Positions 47,727 through 57,829 of a stretch of 64,000 nt of DNA are shown in pieces. A program made the translations under genes and the position numbers. Under the pieces are notes generated by a model. That model saw nothing but the letters and a program-made list of their open reading frames with translations. It did no database searches and was not told the origin of the DNA. Each line of letters begins with the position of its first letter. Position 1 is the first letter of the stretch. This stretch comes from an uncultured Arcobacteraceae bacterium (GTDB lineage Bacteria; Campylobacterota; Campylobacteria; Campylobacterales; Arcobacteraceae): positions 32,001-96,000 of the forward strand of contig CAXHZO010000001.1 of NCBI GenBank assembly GCA_964022095.1, read 5' to 3'.

Positions 47727-49586
47727 TTACTTAACCTTTAAATCAATAATGAATAAAGCGCCATCAATTTCATTTTTAATACTTAATTTACCACCCATAT
47801 TATCCTCTATAATAGTTTTTGACATATAAAGTCCCATACCTGTACCTTCACCTTGTTGTTTTGTTGTAAAATATGGCTCAAATACTCTATCAATTACATT
47901 AGTAGGGATACCTCCACCGTTGTCTCTTAATTTTATTATATTCTCTTTAATATCTATTTGAATTTTTGGATTTTGTATATTATTTTCTACTATTGCATCT
48001 TTTGAATTACTTATTATGTTTATAATCACTTGTTGAAACTCTGTTTTAAAACCTTTATATAAGAAATTCTCACCATTTAGTTCTAAATTTATATTATGAT
48101 TTTTTAATTGTGCATATTGAATATTTAAAACCTCTTCTATTGCATCTTTTATATAAAACTCTTTTTTATTTTTATCTATTCTAAAAAAGTTTCTAAAGTC
48201 ATCTATTGTTTTACTCATAAAATCTATTGTTTTTTTATTTTTATAAATAAAATCTTTGATAAACTCTTCATCTATTTTTTCTTTTGCGTAGTCATATTTT
48301 AATTTTTGTATTCTTATACTCAATTCATTTAATGGTTGTCTCCACTGATGAGCAATTGCTCCTATCATCTCTCCCATTGAGGCTAATTTGCTTTGTTGAA
48401 TAAGTGCTTTTTCTTTTTCTCTTCTTAGACTTACTTCAATTTTAACTTTTTTTTCTAAGTTTTTTTTATAATCTTCTGTTTGAAGCAATAACTCATTTGT
48501 TTTATTATTTAAAACTTTAAACTCTAAAGCTGCTTTTATTAATTTACCAATAATATCATCTTGTTTATACTCTGGTATATTAACCTCTTTTTTGCCTTTT
48601 AAAATATCCTCAAACATTAAAGTTAGATTCTCAATTGGTCTTAATAAAACTCTTATTAGTATGAAAAAACCTATAAAAACTAAAATAGTATATATAGTAC
48701 TCATATAAAGATTAGAGTTTTTATTTATATTAAGTAGATGGTCTATCTCTTTTTTTATCTCAGCAATCTCTTTAAAACTTATTTGCTTAATACTTTTAGC
48801 ATAATAATCGATTTCATAAATATTTCCTGGCATAATAACTTTAGTAATCATAGAATAAGTTCTATAATGAGAAATGGTTTTATTAGACAATCTAATAAGT
48901 TCAGAAACTTTTTTTTCTAAAACTTTTTTTGTGTTATCATCTAAGTCTTGATTATCTTTAAATAACTCTTTAAAAAAAAGTTTTATATTTAATTGTTCTT
49001 TCTTTAATTTAATAATAAAACTTCCATCATCTGTCTCAAAATATCTAAATACAGATTTTTCAATCTCTAAAATGGACTTTTTAAATAAAACTAAATCAAA
49101 TAAAGACTTTTTAGTTGTTATATTTATTCCTATGTCATCAACTATATTTTCTAAATTTTGTGCTTCGTATCTAACTTTTTTACGAAATTGAAAATTAAGA
49201 GGTATTTGTTTTTCTGCAGTTTTAAAATCTTCTCTAAACCTATCTATATTTTGAATAATCTTTGTAAAAGAGTAATATAATTTTTTATCATCAATAAAAT
49301 TTATATTTTTTTCTTTATCTTTAAAGCTATCCAATATTTGATTGATATATATTAATAATTCATTATTTCCAAAATGTATAAACTCATATACATTTTTATG
49401 TAGTTTTTCAGTTTGAGATACTATTAGCAATAAATTTTGTAAAGAATCATTTTTTTGATTTAATTTTTTTATATTATTAGAGATATTCTTAATATTTGAT
49501 TGATGTACAATAGATGATACTATAAAAAATACTACAAGAAAAAAAGATAAAATATATAGTTTATGGTGAAATTTTATATTATTCAT
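47727..49586 (-). CDS. Membrane sensor histidine kinase (periplasmic sensor, HAMP)
   Basis: 2 TM; IAHQWRQPL H-box; DNGGGI and GTGMGLY. Confidence 0.93.
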   Translation of the reverse strand: MNNIKFHHKLYILSFFLVVFFIVSSIVHQSNIKNISNNIKKLNQKNDSLQNLLLIVSQTEKLHKNVYEFIHFGNNELLIYINQILDSFKDKEKNINFIDDKKLYYSFTKIIQNIDRFREDFKTAEKQIPLNFQFRKKVRYEAQNLENIVDDIGINITTKKSLFDLVLFKKSILEIEKSVFRYFETDDGSFIIKLKKEQLNIKLFFKELFKDNQDLDDNTKKVLEKKVSELIRLSNKTISHYRTYSMITKVIMPGNIYEIDYYAKSIKQISFKEIAEIKKEIDHLLNINKNSNLYMSTIYTILVFIGFFILIRVLLRPIENLTLMFEDILKGKKEVNIPEYKQDDIIGKLIKAALEFKVLNNKTNELLLQTEDYKKNLEKKVKIEVSLRREKEKALIQQSKLASMGEMIGAIAHQWRQPLNELSIRIQKLKYDYAKEKIDEEFIKDFIYKNKKTIDFMSKTIDDFRNFFRIDKNKKEFYIKDAIEEVLNIQYAQLKNHNINLELNGENFLYKGFKTEFQQVIINIISNSKDAIVENNIQNPKIQIDIKENIIKLRDNGGGIPTNVIDRVFEPYFTTKQQGEGTGMGLYMSKTIIEDNMGGKLSIKNEIDGALFIIDLKVK

Positions 49587-49587
49587 T

Positions 49588-50847
49588 TTATACTCTTTTA
49601 CTTATAAGGTTATACCATTTATTTAAACTATAATCAAAATTTGGCATCACAGAATTCCATACTGCAATATTCTCAAATCTATTGATATATGAACCGCCTG
49701 TTCTTTTTGTACCTTTTTTTACAGATATTTTTCCATCTATTCCATATAAATCTTTTTTTGCAATTTTCCCTTTATACCAATAATCCCATTCCTCCTCTTC
49801 CATAAATGCTTTTGAACGATTAGGATTTGATATATAATACCCTTGTTTTGCAATAAATGCTCCAGCCCAACCTGATAACCACCAATTCATATACTCATAA
49901 GCGGCATCTTTTTTTTCACCTTTTGAAGCACTTGACAAACTCATAACCCCATACCATGCACGGTAACCCTCTTTAGGTGCTGCATAAATACAAGGTATCC
50001 CCATACCATTTAAACTACTAGCAGCAGGGGAAAACATACTCTCTATAAATACTTCATTGTTTTTCATCAACTCAACACTATGGGGAACTGAATTCCAAAA
50101 ACCTCTAAAATGACCTTTTTGTTTATATTCAGTTAATATGTCAAATAGCTCATCAAGTTCAACTCTCGAAAGATTTCCTATATCTTTAAACCTTACTAGC
50201 TTTTTTGATTGTGCAGCTAATGCTAAATCAAAAAGTCCAATAGTTGGTTCATTTACAATTGCAACTTTTCCTTTATATTTTTCATCCAATAACCAACTCC
50301 AACTCTCCGTTTCATATGGTATTCCTTGAGCGATTATATTTGAGTTATAACCAAAAGAATCAACATTGTGAACATAAGGCATAAATGAGATGTGGTTTGT
50401 AGGGTTTGAACCTAATGTATTATTTTCTTGTATATATAAAATCTTATTGGGAACATCTCCTGCTCCTTTTTTTGCATTTGGACTAATTTTTCCTGTTTTT
50501 GGTAAGGAGTTAATCTCATCCCAATACTTTAACTTATCTATTTGTATGGGTTGAATTGCCCCTGAATCCCATAACAATCTTGTACTATTTGACCATTGTT
50601 CATATATATCAAAAGAGTTAGGGTTTGAGATTGCCCTTGTTAAAACCTCTGCACTTCCACCAGGATAAAATTCTATATTTATCTTTAGCTCTTCCATAGC
50701 TTTTTGCCTAATTATCTCTTGTAAGGTAACATGAGTTCCTAGTACTTTTATAGTTGGGTATTTGTTTTTTGCTGTTAAAATAGCAGGAAAGCCTATACTA
50801 GAAACAATTGCAGCAGAACTTTTTTTTATAAACTCTCTTCTATGCAT
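49588..50847 (-). CDS. Tat-exported extracellular solute-binding protein (PotD/PotF-like)
   Basis: HRREFIK twin-arginine signal; GYN, SW.WLLD.KYKGKVA, PKEG...W and AYEY.NWW motifs. Confidence 0.85.
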   Translation of the reverse strand: MHRREFIKKSSAAIVSSIGFPAILTAKNKYPTIKVLGTHVTLQEIIRQKAMEELKINIEFYPGGSAEVLTRAISNPNSFDIYEQWSNSTRLLWDSGAIQPIQIDKLKYWDEINSLPKTGKISPNAKKGAGDVPNKILYIQENNTLGSNPTNHISFMPYVHNVDSFGYNSNIIAQGIPYETESWSWLLDEKYKGKVAIVNEPTIGLFDLALAAQSKKLVRFKDIGNLSRVELDELFDILTEYKQKGHFRGFWNSVPHSVELMKNNEVFIESMFSPAASSLNGMGIPCIYAAPKEGYRAWYGVMSLSSASKGEKKDAAYEYMNWWLSGWAGAFIAKQGYYISNPNRSKAFMEEEEWDYWYKGKIAKKDLYGIDGKISVKKGTKRTGGSYINRFENIAVWNSVMPNFDYSLNKWYNLISKRV

Positions 50848-51169
50848 AACTAACCTTTAAGTAAATAATCTATTTTATTCTCTCTTATTTTTTATATATT
50901 TTTCCTTAGGTTTATCTTTATTTATATACTTTATATATTATTTTTTACATAAGCATCTTCTAAATAGTAATATTATTTATTATTATTTCTAAAGTTTATG
51001 TTTTAGATTCATTATTTAAATTATCATTTATGGTTTGAATACTTTCAATAGGGATAGAGTTTATTTGAAAATAATATTTATATAAAAGTTTGATTTATAA
51101 TCTCTATATTTTCACTGTTATCTTTTATTACATCCGTTATAGATAAGATCATACATCATTTTATACCTT

Positions 51170-51712
51170 TTAACGTCTTATAACCCCAAAAATAAAGCCA
51201 ACTGCTAAACCTATAAAGTGTGCATACCAAGCAATTGGAAGACCTATTAAAAGTGGTGCCACAGAAATTAATAGTACCCAAGTAATAATACCACTTCTTT
51301 GAGCTTTGTCATGATATGCAACATATCCTAATAATGCACAAATGGCACCAGAAGCACCCACTAAATTAACCTGATGATCTAAATAATAAATATATCCATA
51401 TGATAAAATTGAAGTTGTAATTCCACATATAAAATAAAGTGCAATTATCTCTTTTATTCCTTTTGATCTTTCAATTAAATTTCCAAACTGCCAAAGTACA
51501 AACATATTCATACCCAAATGAGCAATTCCTCCATGGGCAAACATCGTAGTTAAAGGTTGCCACCAAAAATCATATACACTAAAATATAAATTTAGCCCTA
51601 AAAATAATGAGCCTTGAGTTATATTTATTTGTATAATATACATTAAAACTGTAATACCTATTAGTATGTTTGTAGCAGTTAAGTTATTTGTTGTTCTGAA
51701 GTTTTTTAGCAT
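51170..51712 (-). CDS. Rhomboid-family intramembrane serine protease
   Basis: H...NM, GASG and AH..G motifs. Confidence 0.92.
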   Translation of the reverse strand: MLKNFRTTNNLTATNILIGITVLMYIIQINITQGSLFLGLNLYFSVYDFWWQPLTTMFAHGGIAHLGMNMFVLWQFGNLIERSKGIKEIIALYFICGITTSILSYGYIYYLDHQVNLVGASGAICALLGYVAYHDKAQRSGIITWVLLISVAPLLIGLPIAWYAHFIGLAVGFIFGVIRR

Positions 51713-52280
51713 TATTTTTATATACCTTTATTGTACAATCTATTCTAGATTCTATCTCTTTTTTATTAAAAATCAAAAAATCTGTGTAGTACCTAAATAT
51801 CTCAATATTTCCTGCTCTAAATGAGGTTTGAATAGAACCACTACAAAGTTTACAATCTTTTGATTTCTTTTTTGGATCTTTTTTATCATTTTCAATTAAT
51901 TCATAATTAATAGTCAAAAATTTATTTATATCATCTTTTGGAGCTTTTGAAATAGCTTTGATATAGTAAGTATCAACTTCTTTTAGTGAAATAAAATCTT
52001 CGATAATAGAATCAGAATATTGAGCTTTTATATATCCACCATCAATTTTATAGTAGCCTTTTTCTAAAGCTTTCATAGAATCATTTAGTAGTTTTTGATT
52101 AAATACTTTAAGTGTAGTAAAACTCTCTTTTTGACATTCAAGAGGTTTTACCACTTCTTTTGTAGGCTCTTTATCTCCAAAATATTTAGTATAAAGAGTT
52201 ATTGTTACTGAGATAATTATAATTGAAGCTAGAGTAAAAAAGTTATTTACTATTAAACTCTGCCTCATAGATGTAGCCAT
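51684..52280 (-). CDS. Hypothetical membrane-anchored periplasmic protein
   Basis: Single N-terminal TM; overlaps both lon and the rhomboid gene. Confidence 0.7.
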   Translation of the reverse strand: MATSMRQSLIVNNFFTLASIIIISVTITLYTKYFGDKEPTKEVVKPLECQKESFTTLKVFNQKLLNDSMKALEKGYYKIDGGYIKAQYSDSIIEDFISLKEVDTYYIKAISKAPKDDINKFLTINYELIENDKKDPKKKSKDCKLCSGSIQTSFRAGNIEIFRYYTDFLIFNKKEIESRIDCTIKVYKNNAKKLQNNK

Positions 52281-54700
52281 TAAAGAACTAATGCCTCTTT
52301 TAATACATCTTCTATCACATCAACAGGCTTGATTTCCATAGCATCTTTTACCTCATCAGGAATTTCATCTAAATCTCTTTCAAAATTCTTTCTTGGAATT
52401 AATGCTTTTTTCATCTTAGCTTTATATGCTGCAATTAACTTCTCTTTTAATCCACCAATTGGAAGAACTTTTCCAGATAATGTTAACTCACCAGTCATGG
52501 CAACATCTGATTTAATAGCTTTTTCACTTAAAATTGAAGCAATAGTTAAAGCCATAGTAATACCTGCACTTGGTCCATCCTTTGGTGTTGCACCTTCTGG
52601 GATATGTAAGTGAATATCATATCTTTTATAAACTTCACTTGGATTTACGATAATTTTTTCTTCATCTTCTTTAGGTGTTTTTGGAATAATCTCATTATCA
52701 ATTAAAAGAGCACCATTATCAATTAGTACTTTAACAACTGAGTATGAAATTCTAGAAGACTCTTTCATAACTTCACCAAGATTACCAGTAACAGATAAAA
52801 TACCCTTACCTCTTAATTTAATAGCTTCCGTTTTTAAAACATCCCCACCAACAGCAGTCCATGCTAATCCATTAGCAATACCAATTGAATTTTTCTTATC
52901 AGCTGGGTCTATTTCAAAAATAGGATTTTCTAAATACTCTTTTATATTTTTAGTATTTATAGAGACTTTCTTTAAAGACTCATCAACTAAAAGTTGTCTA
53001 ACTACTTTTCTAAATAGTTTTGCAAATACTCTTCTTAGGTTTCTCACCCCTGCTTCTCTTGTGTATTTAGAGATAATTAAATCAATAGTAGTTTTACTTA
53101 AACTAATTTCTGATTTTTTTAATCCATGTTTGTCTAACTCTTGAGGAATTAGATAATCTTTAGCAATATGATACTTCTCATTTGGTGTATAAGAAGAAAT
53201 TTCAATAAACTCCATTCTATCTCTAAGTGGTGCAGGAATTCTTCTTACATCATTAGCTGTTGATACAAAAATTGTTTGAGATAAATCAATTGGGAAATTT
53301 AAATATAAATCTCTAAATTCATGATTTTGCTCAGGATCTAAGATCTCTAACATAACAGCAGTTGGATCACCTCTGTGATTAGCTCCTAGCTTATCAATCT
53401 CATCTAAAACCATAACTGGATTCATTTTTTTAGCATCAATTAATCCTTTGATTAATCTACCTGGCATTGCTCCAACATATGTTCGTCTATGCCCTCTTAA
53501 TTCATTAACATCTTCCATTCCACCAAGAGCAACTCTAACAAGTGGTCTTTTTAATGCTTTAGAAATAGAGTTTGCAAGTGAAGTTTTACCAACACCTGGA
53601 GGTCCTACAAAACATAAAACTGTACCTTTAGATTTTAAATCTTTGATATCTCTTTGCTCTAACATTTGCTTAACAGCAAAATATTCAGAGATTCTCTCTT
53701 TTGGTTTTTTTAATGAATAGTGATCTTTGTTTAACTGCTCTTCAACAGCATTTACAGAAATTTTTTCATCAGCATAATCACCAAATGGAATATCAAGTAT
53801 TTGCTCAACATATGTTTGAAGCAGTGAGGCATCAGGAGAATCTGGGTTCATTCTACTAAGTTTTTCAATTTGTTTCTTTGTCTCTTTATAACCTTCTTTA
53901 CCCATATGCTTTTTGATTTTTTTAAGTCTCTTTTTATAGGCTTTTATCTCTTCATCTTTTTGATTATCAGCACCAAGCTCTTTTTGAATAGCTTTTATTT
54001 GCTCTTTTAAGAAGTAATCTTTATGAGTTTTTTCAATCTTTGAATTTACTTTTTGAGTGATCTCTTTTTGTATTTTAAATGACTCAATCTCTTTTTTAAT
54101 TACTTCAATAATATCTAAAAGTCTTTTTTCTACATTTGCTTGAGAAAATAGCTTATAAGCTTCATCTTTTTTAACTTTTAAAACAGAAGAGATTAAATCT
54201 GCAATTCTTGTTGCATCATCATTTTCTTCAATAGTTTTAATTAAATCTGCTGGAAACTTAGTATTAAGTCTTGATAGTTTTTTTACGTTTTCAACTAAAA
54301 CATCAATTACTGATTTAATACTCTCTTCATTTGATTCTTCATTCTCTAAGATATCTACCTTTGCAAATAGAGATTGTTCTTTTGCAAAATCACTTATTTT
54401 TCCCTTAACTAAACCTTGAAAAAGTACTTTTATCTTACCATCTGGTAATGCTACTTTTCTCATAATATTTCCAACTACACCTACATCATAAAAAGAGTCT
54501 TCTTCTCTGATATCTTCTTTACCTTGTTTTGATACAGCAACAACAACTAATTGATTGTGTTCTATTGCATATTCCACTGCTTTGATATTCTCTTCATTAC
54601 TTAAAAAAAGTGGAGCTATCATGAAAGGGTATAAAAATATCTCATCTTCAATAACTAGTGGTATTGTTTGAGGAAATTCATCGTAATTTTCTAATTCCAT
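52280..54700 (-). CDS. lon: ATP-dependent protease La
   Basis: GPPGVGKT Walker A, LDEIDK, PKDGPSAG catalytic Ser, IGGLKEK. Confidence 0.97.
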   Translation of the reverse strand: MELENYDEFPQTIPLVIEDEIFLYPFMIAPLFLSNEENIKAVEYAIEHNQLVVVAVSKQGKEDIREEDSFYDVGVVGNIMRKVALPDGKIKVLFQGLVKGKISDFAKEQSLFAKVDILENEESNEESIKSVIDVLVENVKKLSRLNTKFPADLIKTIEENDDATRIADLISSVLKVKKDEAYKLFSQANVEKRLLDIIEVIKKEIESFKIQKEITQKVNSKIEKTHKDYFLKEQIKAIQKELGADNQKDEEIKAYKKRLKKIKKHMGKEGYKETKKQIEKLSRMNPDSPDASLLQTYVEQILDIPFGDYADEKISVNAVEEQLNKDHYSLKKPKERISEYFAVKQMLEQRDIKDLKSKGTVLCFVGPPGVGKTSLANSISKALKRPLVRVALGGMEDVNELRGHRRTYVGAMPGRLIKGLIDAKKMNPVMVLDEIDKLGANHRGDPTAVMLEILDPEQNHEFRDLYLNFPIDLSQTIFVSTANDVRRIPAPLRDRMEFIEISSYTPNEKYHIAKDYLIPQELDKHGLKKSEISLSKTTIDLIISKYTREAGVRNLRRVFAKLFRKVVRQLLVDESLKKVSINTKNIKEYLENPIFEIDPADKKNSIGIANGLAWTAVGGDVLKTEAIKLRGKGILSVTGNLGEVMKESSRISYSVVKVLIDNGALLIDNEIIPKTPKEDEEKIIVNPSEVYKRYDIHLHIPEGATPKDGPSAGITMALTIASILSEKAIKSDVAMTGELTLSGKVLPIGGLKEKLIAAYKAKMKKALIPRKNFERDLDEIPDEVKDAMEIKPVDVIEDVLKEALVL

Positions 54701-54728
54701 TTATCTTACTCCTAAAAATTGTTTATAT

Positions 54729-55385
54729 TTATTCGAAAATTGATCTAAAGAAAGGAACGTCTACATCATCAATCTCTTTTGGGTTAACCCAAGATTGTTT
54801 TACTTTTTCATTGTAAAATTCTGATGCTTTATCTTTTCCCGTTCTTTCATATAAATCAGCTATTTCTTTATCCATTGATGCCTTAGCCATATAAAGTCTT
54901 GAATTAATAGTATCAACTAAAGGCATATAAGGAGAAGTTTTATATTTAGCTTTAAATTCATTAATTTCATTAATTGTATTTTCAATTAATTCTTGATCTC
55001 TGTTTTGATACTTAAACCCTAAAAAGTTTGCTTTGATCTTTAGGTATCTAACATAATCAATATTTTTACTTAGTCCAAATCTCTTTATATACTCATCTAA
55101 ATAGAAGTTTGCTAAAGAGTACTCTTCTTCATCCATATGTCCATTTACTAAAATAAGTAAAGATGTTGGAATAAACGGAGAGTTTCTGTGTTCACTTTCT
55201 AAAGAAGTATATGTATCATCTGCAGAATCTAAATCCCCATTAGAAATTTGCGTCAACATTTTGTTGTACCAGTAAATTGCTGGTTTATTATATTCTTGAT
55301 TTTCATCTTTGCTAGAACAAGCTGTAAAAATAAATATTGTACAAACAACTAATAATATATTTTTAAACGTAAAGCTTTTACTCAT
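54729..55385 (-). CDS. bamD: Outer-membrane assembly lipoprotein BamD
   Basis: Lipobox FTAC, TPR pattern, RDQ and SPY motifs; adjacent to lon. Confidence 0.88.
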   Translation of the reverse strand: MSKSFTFKNILLVVCTIFIFTACSSKDENQEYNKPAIYWYNKMLTQISNGDLDSADDTYTSLESEHRNSPFIPTSLLILVNGHMDEEEYSLANFYLDEYIKRFGLSKNIDYVRYLKIKANFLGFKYQNRDQELIENTINEINEFKAKYKTSPYMPLVDTINSRLYMAKASMDKEIADLYERTGKDKASEFYNEKVKQSWVNPKEIDDVDVPFFRSIFE

Positions 55386-55483
55386 AAAACATCCTTTATT
55401 ATAAAAAAAGATATTTTAGCTAATTGTAGCTTATGTTTTATTTGCTATAATCATCAAAAATAATTATTAATAAAAGGTTGTGT

Positions 55484-56248
55484 ATGAAACTAACTTTAAT
55501 TGGAAATGGTACTATGGCTCAAGCACTTGCAAAGGGATTAGTAAAAAACCATGAAGTAGAAATAATTGGAAGAAATATTGCTAAGCTAAAAGAAGTTCAA
55601 AAAATGATTCCTCAAATTTCTATAAAAGAGTTAGATGATATCGAAAATATCACAGGTAAAAATGTTTTATTTTGTGTAAAACCTTATGTTCTACAAACTG
55701 TTTCAGCAAGACTAACAGGAAAAGCAAATGCTTTATACTCTATTTTAGCAGGAACTACCCTTGATAGTTTAAAAAAGCACATTTCTGCGAACCAATATGT
55801 TAGAACAATGCCAAATGTTGCAGCGAGTGTTTTAAAATCTATGACAACATTAACAGGTGATGAAGAGCTTAAAAATGAAGCACAAGAGATATTTTCAAGT
55901 ATTGGAAAAACTTTATGGTTAGAGTCTGAAAAACAATTAGATATTGCAACTGCTGTTGCAGGAAGTGGTCCAGCACTTTTAGCACTAATTGCAGAAGGAA
56001 TTACAGATGGTGCAGTAAGAGCTGGCCTTCCTAGAGATTTAAGTTCTCAATTAGTACAAGGTTTATTTGATGGAACATCATCACTACTTGATGTACAACA
56101 CCCTGCACTAATAAAAGATTCAGTTATGAGTCCAGGTGGGACAACTGCTGTTGGATATGGTGTTTTAGAAAAAAATGGTGTTAGAAATGCAATGATGGAC
56201 GCAATTGAAGAGACATATAAAAAAGCACAAGAGCTTGGTAAAAAGTAG
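55484..56248 (+). CDS. proC: Pyrroline-5-carboxylate reductase
   Basis: IGNGTMA, VKP, RTMPN, GSGPA and VMSPGGTT motifs. Confidence 0.95.
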   Translation: MKLTLIGNGTMAQALAKGLVKNHEVEIIGRNIAKLKEVQKMIPQISIKELDDIENITGKNVLFCVKPYVLQTVSARLTGKANALYSILAGTTLDSLKKHISANQYVRTMPNVAASVLKSMTTLTGDEELKNEAQEIFSSIGKTLWLESEKQLDIATAVAGSGPALLALIAEGITDGAVRAGLPRDLSSQLVQGLFDGTSSLLDVQHPALIKDSVMSPGGTTAVGYGVLEKNGVRNAMMDAIEETYKKAQELGKK

Positions 56249-56522
56249 TTTTACATTACTTGAAACACTTTTAAGCCTAAGCCTTATCACTTTTATAGTA
56301 ATTGGATTTTTAAACTCCTCTTACTATGATAATACAAATCATGAAAATTTCATGATTTTAAATTCACTTGAAAATAAATTTGATACTAATAATTTTTCAT
56401 CTTTTAACAAATCCTCAAAAACACTAAAAATAACAATCAATGAATCTGATGTAAGATTTATAAATGTAAAACAATACTCATTTAAAAATGAAAATATAAA
56501 GTTAATAAAATATGAAAAATAG
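56235..56522 (+). CDS. Small prepilin-like (type IV/T2SS minor pseudopilin) protein
   Basis: TTG start; KSS|FTLLETLLSL class III signal. Confidence 0.7.
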   Translation: MVKSSFTLLETLLSLSLITFIVIGFLNSSYYDNTNHENFMILNSLENKFDTNNFSSFNKSSKTLKITINESDVRFINVKQYSFKNENIKLIKYEK

Positions 56523-56847
56523 TTTTACGATTTTTGAATTACTTTTAACAACAATATTAAGTTCAATAATAATCATTTATCTATTTAACTTTTCAAAACA
56601 ACTAGTAAAAACAAATAAAGAAGCTTACAAGTTAGAAATACAAAAAACAGATTTGCTAAGTACAAAAATATTTTTACAAAAACACAAAAATAAACTATCC
56701 AAATTAGAATTCAAAGAAAGAAGTCTTTACTTTAAAGATACCCTACTATTAGATAATATTTATAAATTTAATATAAAAAATCTAAATAATACAATAGAAA
56801 TTGAAATAAATTTAGATAATAAAATTAAACAAAAATGGATATTTTAA
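56512..56847 (+). CDS. Small prepilin-like protein
   Basis: MKNS|FTIFELLL class III signal. Confidence 0.7.
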   Translation: MKNSFTIFELLLTTILSSIIIIYLFNFSKQLVKTNKEAYKLEIQKTDLLSTKIFLQKHKNKLSKLEFKERSLYFKDTLLLDNIYKFNIKNLNNTIEIEINLDNKIKQKWIF

Positions 56848-56849
56848 TT

Positions 56850-57161
56850 ATGAAAAAATCTTTTTCACTTCTAATAACACTATTTTTCATATCAATATTA
56901 TCATATATTTCAATAAGCATAATGCAAACAAAATCCTTACAAACAAAAAATATTCAAAATCAGTACTTATATATTCAAGGTAAAAATCATATGAGTTTTT
57001 TTAAAAATTATATAAAAAGTTTAAATTTAAGTGACATTAATAAAGTTCAAATGAATGATGATCTTTTTGAAATATATGCCCTTATTAAAGAAAAACAAAT
57101 AGATATATTTGTAAAAGCAAAGAATTACAATATATCTATTTATGAAAAAATTATTAGATAA
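56850..57161 (+). CDS. Small prepilin-like protein lacking Glu5 (GspK/PilX-like)
   Basis: [11 protein letters not shown]. Confidence 0.62.
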   Translation: MKKSFSLLITLFFISILSYISISIMQTKSLQTKNIQNQYLYIQGKNHMSFFKNYIKSLNLSDINKVQMNDDLFEIYALIKEKQIDIFVKAKNYNISIYEKIIR

Positions 57162-57753
57162 TTACATCTAAAACTTTTTTAGCGAGATTCAACGCCTTTG
57201 TTCTATGGGAAAAATCTTTCTTTGCTTCATACCCAAGTTCTCCTAAAGTTTTATCAAAACCTTTTGCAACAAACATTGGGTCATATCCAAAACCACCCTC
57301 ACCTAACTCTTTGTTTATAACTTCTCCATGCATCCAACCATGCACAGTATAAGTGTGCCCTTGATAAACAATTGCAATACAAGCTGTATAAAAAGCTGGT
57401 GTTTTTTCTAAGTTGTTTTCATTTAATTTTGAAATTAGTTTTGCATTATTGTCTTTATCACTTGCATCAACTCCTGCATATCTTGCAGAATAAATTCCAG
57501 GTTCATTATTAAGTGCAGGAACAGTAATTCCACTATCATCAGAAATTACAACAATATCTTTATAAGATTTATTTATTAATTTATCATATATAGTTTCTGC
57601 TTTTTTTACTGCATTTCCTTTAAAACTATCCTTATCTTCTACAATCTCAATATCACCTAGAAGTTCCTTAAAAGCGATAACCTCATCATTTGGCATAAGC
57701 TTTTCAAACTCTTTGATTTTTCCTTTATTTCCCGAAGCTAAAATTATTTTCAC
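57154..57753 (-). CDS. rdgB: dITP/XTP pyrophosphatase (Ham1 family)
   Basis: [25 protein letters not shown] and SHR motifs; GTG start after AAGGA. Confidence 0.95.
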   Translation of the reverse strand: MKIILASGNKGKIKEFEKLMPNDEVIAFKELLGDIEIVEDKDSFKGNAVKKAETIYDKLINKSYKDIVVISDDSGITVPALNNEPGIYSARYAGVDASDKDNNAKLISKLNENNLEKTPAFYTACIAIVYQGHTYTVHGWMHGEVINKELGEGGFGYDPMFVAKGFDKTLGELGYEAKKDFSHRTKALNLAKKVLDVII

Positions 57754-57829
57754 ATCTATCCTTTTCAAGCCACAATTAACTATTTTTTAACTATAATCAC
57801 GACAAATTATATTATGTTTAGGATTATAT

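Noticed and set aside
51118-51159. SD-led 13-codon ORF (MMYDLIYNGCNKR) after the rhomboid gene
   Set aside because: Too short and no recognisable motif; cannot be supported
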